Assembly (NCBI GenBank): GCA_002717445.1
Contig: PBDY01000019.1
Coordinates: 36,568 to 100,567, forward strand
Reading direction: 5' to 3'
DNA: 64,000 nt
DNA from: Gammaproteobacteria bacterium
GTDB lineage: Bacteria; Pseudomonadota; Gammaproteobacteria; Steroidobacterales; UBA11654
The notes under the pieces were generated by a model. The model ran no database searches and was not told where the DNA came from. It saw nothing but the letters and a program-made list of their open reading frames with translations. Both the position numbers and the translations under genes were made by a program. Below are positions 58,740-64,000 of the stretch, piece after piece (positions within the stretch are counted from its first letter, which is position 1; each line of letters begins with the position of its first letter).

Positions 58740-59523
58740 ATCCTTGCTCTCCGGGCAAAAGGCCTTCCCATCTGCCATCTTTAATGAAGAATTTTGGCTC
58801 AATTGCAGGTATATCTTCTGTTTTAACAATAGCCTTAGCGCGCATCAAGTCTTCTGTATTTTTGAAATCAGAAATGGATTCTAGATTTTTGATTGTTGGC
58901 ATAATCAATGAGATTGTTCCTACCTCATGAGCACGGAGTGCTTCATCAATACCAAACCACTTACTGTCAGTTCCTTCGATACCGTCGTGAGTCAATATAA
59001 AACCTTCATTGAGTGGTGCCAGAAAAAAACGGGTTGTATATCTTTTTGTTTCAACTTTTGGAGTGATCCAGTGAGACACATATACAAGGCGATCAAGAGC
59101 TATTTTAAGTTTTAACTCATCTAAAATAAAAATGAATGAAATCTTTCCATGGAGTAAATCAGATCTCAGCTCTACCAGTCGTTGAGATTCAATCGTTGTG
59201 GGTATGAAAACATTATTATCATTTCGATTTGCAATGAGAGCACCAGTTTCCTCAAATGTTTCTCTCAAGGATGCGATCCAATAGGGCAGAGATTCGCTAT
59301 CGTTGCTCAATACATCTTTGGCTTCTGTTTCACAAAGTCCGTTACAGTAATCTTCCGTTGCAATCTCCTGGTCCTGTTTTTCAAGAATGCCGCCAGGAAA
59401 TACCCAAATTCCTCCAAAATTGCTTTTTTGTGCTCTTTTCATCAAAAACACTTGGACGCCTTGGTCTGAATCCCTCACAAGCATGAGAGAGCTCGATGGC
59501 ATAAGATTATCTATGGATTGCAT
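58726..59523 (-). CDS. NUDIX hydrolase (Nudt19-like)
   Basis: VFPGG, RETFEETG, HWITP, RYTTRFF, IMPT. Confidence 0.85.
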   Translation of the reverse strand: MQSIDNLMPSSSLMLVRDSDQGVQVFLMKRAQKSNFGGIWVFPGGILEKQDQEIATEDYCNGLCETEAKDVLSNDSESLPYWIASLRETFEETGALIANRNDNNVFIPTTIESQRLVELRSDLLHGKISFIFILDELKLKIALDRLVYVSHWITPKVETKRYTTRFFLAPLNEGFILTHDGIEGTDSKWFGIDEALRAHEVGTISLIMPTIKNLESISDFKNTEDLMRAKAIVKTEDIPAIEPKFFIKDGRWEGLLPGEQGYEDH

Positions 59524-59539
59524 TGTCTAATGATTTATT

Positions 59540-60715
59540 TTATTTGGTCTCTGTAAGTTGATCCATGATCATTTTTTTAATCGGCCATACATTGTTACCA
59601 AATCGAAGTGCAAATCGTCTCATAAATTTCGCAGCTGACCGTTCAGAGTTAAATAAGTCTACGATCAAATTGGTTCCATAATAGAGGGTTCTTGTATTCA
59701 TTTGATGTGTCTGATTGTATTTCTTTAGGATGTCATGCGTATAGAATGGCTCATTATTTGTCTTTGCTTCATTGAGTATTCTTGTCAGCGTATCAATGCC
59801 TCTTAAGCCGAGATTAAAGCCATGTGCTGTAACCGGATGCATTCCAACGGATGCATCACCGACTAGAACAAAACGTTCCGCATGAAAATGATCTGCATGG
59901 CAGGCTAATAGTGGGTATGAAAATTTTTCTGAAGCCACGGACATTTTACCCAATCGATGATTAAACCTCTCTGAGATGTCTTCACTAAATGCATTGTCAT
60001 CCTGATCTAAGATCTCTTTAGCCTTATCGGTGTGTATCGTAATAACAACCGAACACTGTTTTCCAACCATTGGCAATACCGCCAATGTTCTCCCATAATG
60101 GAAACATTCATATGCGATATTTTCATGGTCCTTTTCATGATTCATTTTGCACACAATAACGATTTTTCCAAAATCCTTAACTTCTACAGGAATTCCCATT
60201 TGCCTTCTTGATCCAGAGAGTCGTCCGTCAGCAGCCACCAATAGCTCACCACGGATGATATCTCCCGACTCCAGTTCAACTTCGACTCCATCACCATCAA
60301 TGGAAAGTGACTTCGAGGTTGCTCTCTCGATAAATGAGATCATTGGATCATCTTTGATTGAGTTGAAGACCGCTGACTTGATTCTATGATTCGGTATCAA
60401 ATAACCTAGTGTTGTTTGATTCGTTTCCTCAAAATTAAAGTGTAGCGAATAGGGTGAATGGCCATTAAGAACCTTTGCTTCTTTGAGATGGGATATACAG
60501 TCCTGATCAATTAAGTCCCATGAGCCTATGTCTTTGAGTATTCGTCTTGAAAAATGCGTGATTGCGATTTCGCGCCCATCGTAAGCAGGGTCTGATAGAT
60601 TATCTTTTGTCTGGCGATCGATTACGCAGACACTAAAACCTGAATTAGAAAGCGCTTTTGCGAGACTTAAGCCAACTGGGCCGGAGCCGATGATGATGAC
60701 GTCGTATTTTTTCAT
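59540..60715 (-). CDS. ubiM: FAD-dependent ubiquinone biosynthesis hydroxylase, UbiM-like
   Basis: GSGPVG, YDGREIAIT, AADG, GDASVGMHPVTAHGFNLG. Subfamily assigned from remembered motifs. Confidence 0.75.
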   Translation of the reverse strand: MKKYDVIIIGSGPVGLSLAKALSNSGFSVCVIDRQTKDNLSDPAYDGREIAITHFSRRILKDIGSWDLIDQDCISHLKEAKVLNGHSPYSLHFNFEETNQTTLGYLIPNHRIKSAVFNSIKDDPMISFIERATSKSLSIDGDGVEVELESGDIIRGELLVAADGRLSGSRRQMGIPVEVKDFGKIVIVCKMNHEKDHENIAYECFHYGRTLAVLPMVGKQCSVVITIHTDKAKEILDQDDNAFSEDISERFNHRLGKMSVASEKFSYPLLACHADHFHAERFVLVGDASVGMHPVTAHGFNLGLRGIDTLTRILNEAKTNNEPFYTHDILKKYNQTHQMNTRTLYYGTNLIVDLFNSERSAAKFMRRFALRFGNNVWPIKKMIMDQLTETK

Positions 60716-60785
60716 TTGATCATGTAATTGATGTGTTATCTAAACATAATAATTATAATAGCAACCGAACAACAGGTTAATTTGT

Positions 60786-61094
60786 ATGGGTAGCTATAAA
60801 AATATTTCGATTGAGGAAGCAAAAAAGATACTTTCTTCTGATATTTATCTATTAGATATTCGTGATCATGAAAGCTTTGATACAAGCCATATTGATGGGG
60901 CTGTTCATCTTTCAAACGATAACATTGATGATTTTCTGACTAACGCTGATAAAACTAAGCCAACCATAATATATTGCTACAAAGGTGTTTCCAGTAAAGA
61001 TGCTGCCCAACACTTCTGTGATATTGGATTTAATGATGTTTATAGCATGCAAGGTGGCTATGGGCTATGGGTAGATTCTGATGAAAAAGCTTAA
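60786..61094 (+). CDS. glpE: Single-domain rhodanese (thiosulfate sulfurtransferase GlpE-like)
   Basis: LLDIRD, HIDGA, active loop YCYKGVSS, YSMQGG. Confidence 0.85.
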   Translation: MGSYKNISIEEAKKILSSDIYLLDIRDHESFDTSHIDGAVHLSNDNIDDFLTNADKTKPTIIYCYKGVSSKDAAQHFCDIGFNDVYSMQGGYGLWVDSDEKA

Positions 61095-61527
61095 AGAAAC
61101 CATAAAATCCTTTACTGAAATTGAAGGCGGGTTGATGCCCGCACTTCATGCGGTTCAGGAGCAAGAAGGTCACATCAGTAAAAATGCAATATCAGAACTT
61201 GCACATGCCTTTAACTATTCCAAAGCCGAGGTGCTTGATGTTTTAACATATTATGACGATTTTACACTTGAGCCTTCAGGTGAGCATGTGATTAGAGTTT
61301 GCGGAGCAGAGGCTTGTCAAAGTCTTAAGTCTAAAGAACTGACAGATCTTTTGACTGATCACTTTGGTTTGAACTTAGGAGAGACAACAAGTGACTCCAA
61401 GATTACCCTTAAAGAAGTTTTTTGTTTGGGAAACTGTGCTCTTGGTCCTTCAGTGATGATCAATCAGACTGTTATTGGTGAAGCAGATAAAGATAAGGTG
61501 CTGAGCTTTCTTGATAATATTGAGTGA
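61081..61527 (+). CDS. fdsG: NAD-dependent formate dehydrogenase gamma subunit
   Basis: LMPALHAVQ, CGAEACQS, FCLGNCALGPS; NuoE-like 2Fe-2S protein. Confidence 0.88.
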   Translation: MKKLKETIKSFTEIEGGLMPALHAVQEQEGHISKNAISELAHAFNYSKAEVLDVLTYYDDFTLEPSGEHVIRVCGAEACQSLKSKELTDLLTDHFGLNLGETTSDSKITLKEVFCLGNCALGPSVMINQTVIGEADKDKVLSFLDNIE

Positions 61528-61534
61528 ATAGCTG

Positions 61535-63067
61535 ATGAATACTCCGATAAAAATATATATCCCTAATGAAACAGCCTCAAACTCAGTTGGGGCAATTGAA
61601 GCACACAGAACAATTAGTCGATTAAAAGGCATTGAAGAAGCTCGGATCATCAGAAACGGTTCTTGGGGAGCATTCTGGCTTGAACCGTTCATAGAAGTAG
61701 AAAAAGAAGGTCATAGGAAAGGGGTGTGCTATAAGAGTGTTGATCTTTCAACATTCAACACCATCGATGACTTCTTAAAAGATTTTGAAAGCAGGCAGCC
61801 ATTTGATATCAGAGAAATAGATTTCATCAAAAAACAAAAGAGAATCGTCTTTTCACGAATTGGCATGGATGACCCCCTGGATATTTCTTTTTATCAAAAC
61901 AGCGGTGGTTACAGCGCTTTAAAAAATGCTCTAAACCTAGATCAACAAACGATCATAGATAAAATAAAGAAATCAGGCCTTACAGGAAGAGGCGGTGCTG
62001 CTTTTCCAACCGGTATAAAAATGCAAACGGTTAGTGATCAAGATAACTCCTTAAAATATTTAGCCTGTAATGCAGATGAAGGAGACGGAGGGACTTTCTC
62101 TGATCGACTCATTATGGAATCAGATCCTTTTGCTTTAATTGAAGGGATGACAATTGCAGCCTTTGCTGTTGGAGCCTCAAAGGGATTTATCTATCTTAGA
62201 TCTGAATATCCACTTGCAAAAACATACCTGACAAGAGCCATCGAAATCGCAAGAAAAAATAATTTTTTAGGAAAGAATATTCAATCCAGTGATTTTGATT
62301 TTGATATTGACCTAAGGATTGGAGCAGGTTCTTATGTTTGCGGCGAAGAAACGGCCATGATGGAAAGCATTGAAGGTCGAAGAGGGCTCGTCCGATCAAA
62401 GCCGCCCCTGCCAGCGATTAACGGACTATTTGATAGACCTACTTTAATAAATAACGTCGTCACTCTTGCCACAATCCCGCCATTACTGAATGGTTCACAT
62501 TCTGATTTTTCTGACCTTGGTTCTGGAAAATCAACCGGAACAATGCCATTTCAGTTATGTGGAAATATCCAACAATCAGGATTAGTAGAGACCGGTTTTG
62601 ATATTACAATTGGTGAAATAATTGAGAACTATGGAAAAGGCACAAAAACAGGAATGCCGATTCATGCTATACAGATAGGTGGACCTCTTGGTATTTATTT
62701 GTCTTCAAAAATGATGTCAACAAAACTCACCATTGAATCATTACAAACCATCAAAGGATCTGTTGGACATGGAGGAATTGTAATCTTCGATGATACTGTC
62801 GATATGTCTGAACAGGCAAAATTTGCAATGGAGTTTTGTGCAAAAGAATCATGTGGAAAATGCACGCCATGTCGAATTGGATCCATTAGGGGAGTCGAAA
62901 TAATTGATCGTCTACAAAAAAATAGCTCCTCAAAAGAGGATTCAATCCTTCTTAATGAATTATGCAAAACAATGGAGGCGACTTCGCTCTGTGCAATGGG
63001 AGGAATGACGCCCAATCCGATCTATTCTATAATCAATAACTTTCCAAATGAATTAATTGACGAATGA
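61535..63067 (+). CDS. fdsB: NAD-dependent formate dehydrogenase beta subunit
   Basis: RNGSWG...LEP, GRGGAAFPTGIK, CNADEGDGGTF, YVCGEET, ESCGKCTPCRIG. Confidence 0.9.
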   Translation: MNTPIKIYIPNETASNSVGAIEAHRTISRLKGIEEARIIRNGSWGAFWLEPFIEVEKEGHRKGVCYKSVDLSTFNTIDDFLKDFESRQPFDIREIDFIKKQKRIVFSRIGMDDPLDISFYQNSGGYSALKNALNLDQQTIIDKIKKSGLTGRGGAAFPTGIKMQTVSDQDNSLKYLACNADEGDGGTFSDRLIMESDPFALIEGMTIAAFAVGASKGFIYLRSEYPLAKTYLTRAIEIARKNNFLGKNIQSSDFDFDIDLRIGAGSYVCGEETAMMESIEGRRGLVRSKPPLPAINGLFDRPTLINNVVTLATIPPLLNGSHSDFSDLGSGKSTGTMPFQLCGNIQQSGLVETGFDITIGEIIENYGKGTKTGMPIHAIQIGGPLGIYLSSKMMSTKLTIESLQTIKGSVGHGGIVIFDDTVDMSEQAKFAMEFCAKESCGKCTPCRIGSIRGVEIIDRLQKNSSSKEDSILLNELCKTMEATSLCAMGGMTPNPIYSIINNFPNELIDE

Positions 63068-64000
63068 CGCTTTTAAAAGAAAAAGACTTTGGCACACCAA
63101 TTGTAAAGTCTGAAAAGACTGTTACTGGATATATTGATGAAATAGAAATCACTGTTCCAGAAAGTACGTCAATTATGAGAGCTGCTGCAATGGTTGGTGT
63201 TGATATTCCAAGCTTATGTGCATCTGACAATATTAAATCTTTTGGCTCATGCAGACTTTGTATTATTGATTTTGAAGGCAGGAGTGGGGATGGCTACCCC
63301 TCTTCATGCACAACACCACTCACCGAAGGAATGAAAGTGATAACACAGAATTCTGGGCTTTCCACCTTTCGAAAAGATCTACTGGAAATGTATATATCGG
63401 ATCACCCTTTAGACTGTAATACCTGTGCCAGCGATGGAGATTGTAGCCTACAGGATCAAGCCATAGACCACGATTTATTTAAAGACAATCAATTAGCATC
63501 ATCAAAATACACTTCTGATAGCAGCAGCAATCATTTGGGCGTTGATGTCGATGAATCGAACCCATACTTCACCTTTGAGCCTGATAAATGCATTGTTTGT
63601 TCAAGGTGTGTAAGGGCTTGCAATGAGGTCCAAGGTACATTTGCACTGTCAATTGAATCAAGAGGCTTTGAATCAAAAGTTAAACCGGGTGTTTCTAAAA
63701 ATTTCTTTGATTCAGAATGCGTGTCTTGTGGCGCTTGCGTTCAAGCATGCCCTACAGGAAGTCTTCTTGAAAAAACTGTTGTTGAAAAAGGCATGCCAGA
63801 CAGTACTGTTCTCACTACTTGTGCATATTGCGGAGTAGGTTGTTCATTCAAGGCAGAAATTAATAATAATGAAGTTGTCAGAATGGTCCCTTATAAGGAT
63901 GGTGGAGCCAATAAAGGACACAGTTGTATAAAAGGACGTTTTGCCTGGGGTTATGCGAACCATCAAGACAGGGTCACAAAGCCGATGATCAGGCACAGTA
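63064..64000 (+). CDS. fdsA: NAD-dependent formate dehydrogenase alpha subunit (3'-truncated; absent from the ORF track)
   Basis: ATG at 63064 overlaps the fdsB stop. Translation reads MTLLKEKDFGTP...IPSLC...GSCRLC...HPLDCNTC...KCIVCSRCVRAC...CVSCGACVQACP...TTCAYCGVGC...HSCIKGRFAW and is open to the window end. Confidence 0.92.
   Translation, partial: MTLLKEKDFGTPIVKSEKTVTGYIDEIEITVPESTSIMRAAAMVGVDIPSLCASDNIKSFGSCRLCIIDFEGRSGDGYPSSCTTPLTEGMKVITQNSGLSTFRKDLLEMYISDHPLDCNTCASDGDCSLQDQAIDHDLFKDNQLASSKYTSDSSSNHLGVDVDESNPYFTFEPDKCIVCSRCVRACNEVQGTFALSIESRGFESKVKPGVSKNFFDSECVSCGACVQACPTGSLLEKTVVEKGMPDSTVLTTCAYCGVGCSFKAEINNNEVVRMVPYKDGGANKGHSCIKGRFAWGYANHQDRVTKPMIRHS

Noticed and set aside
60739-60766. 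Weak dif-like site TCTAAACATAA-TAATTA-TAATAGCAACC
   Set aside because: About 8/11 and 6/11 matches to the E. coli arms, and the inner TTAT of the second arm is missing. Better explained as AT-rich promoter sequence.
63623-63838. 71-aa plus-strand ORF near the window end
   Set aside because: Out-of-frame overlap within fdsA.

Overview
Gene-dense, AT-rich core chromosome segment. The gene set and order point to a streamlined Gammaproteobacterium, probably marine; this is inferred from synteny, not from a taxonomy search. Order: ftsH (5'-truncated)-glmM-tpiA-secG-tRNA-Leu; complete 14-gene nuoA-N; initiator tRNA-Met-rimP-nusA-infB-rbfA-truB-rpsO-pnp; queF-dksA on the minus strand; smc-zipA-ligA-scpA-scpB; ubiG-gph-yciK on the minus strand; gyrA-serC-serA-pheA-aroA-cmk-rpsA-ihfB-lapB-cytidylyltransferase; tRNA-Asn, aspC, uvrB; an orphan cytochrome c; tRNA-Val; a TonB-dependent receptor; a minus-strand ubiM-like to amidohydrolase cluster; and glpE-fdsG-fdsB-fdsA (3'-truncated). 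I saw no integrase, transposase, CRISPR array or rRNA. The most striking observation is a 906-aa SMC with intact ATPase heads but no recognisable hinge or zinc hook, in one operon with scpA/scpB and a linker-less mini ZipA: a candidate hinge-less condensin. Other leads are a Zn-free DksA, an atypical cytochrome c, a possible structured leader on the TonB receptor, an AGMO-like enzyme, and a rhodanese coupled to formate dehydrogenase. Several ORF-track starts were corrected by eye. No searches were run.
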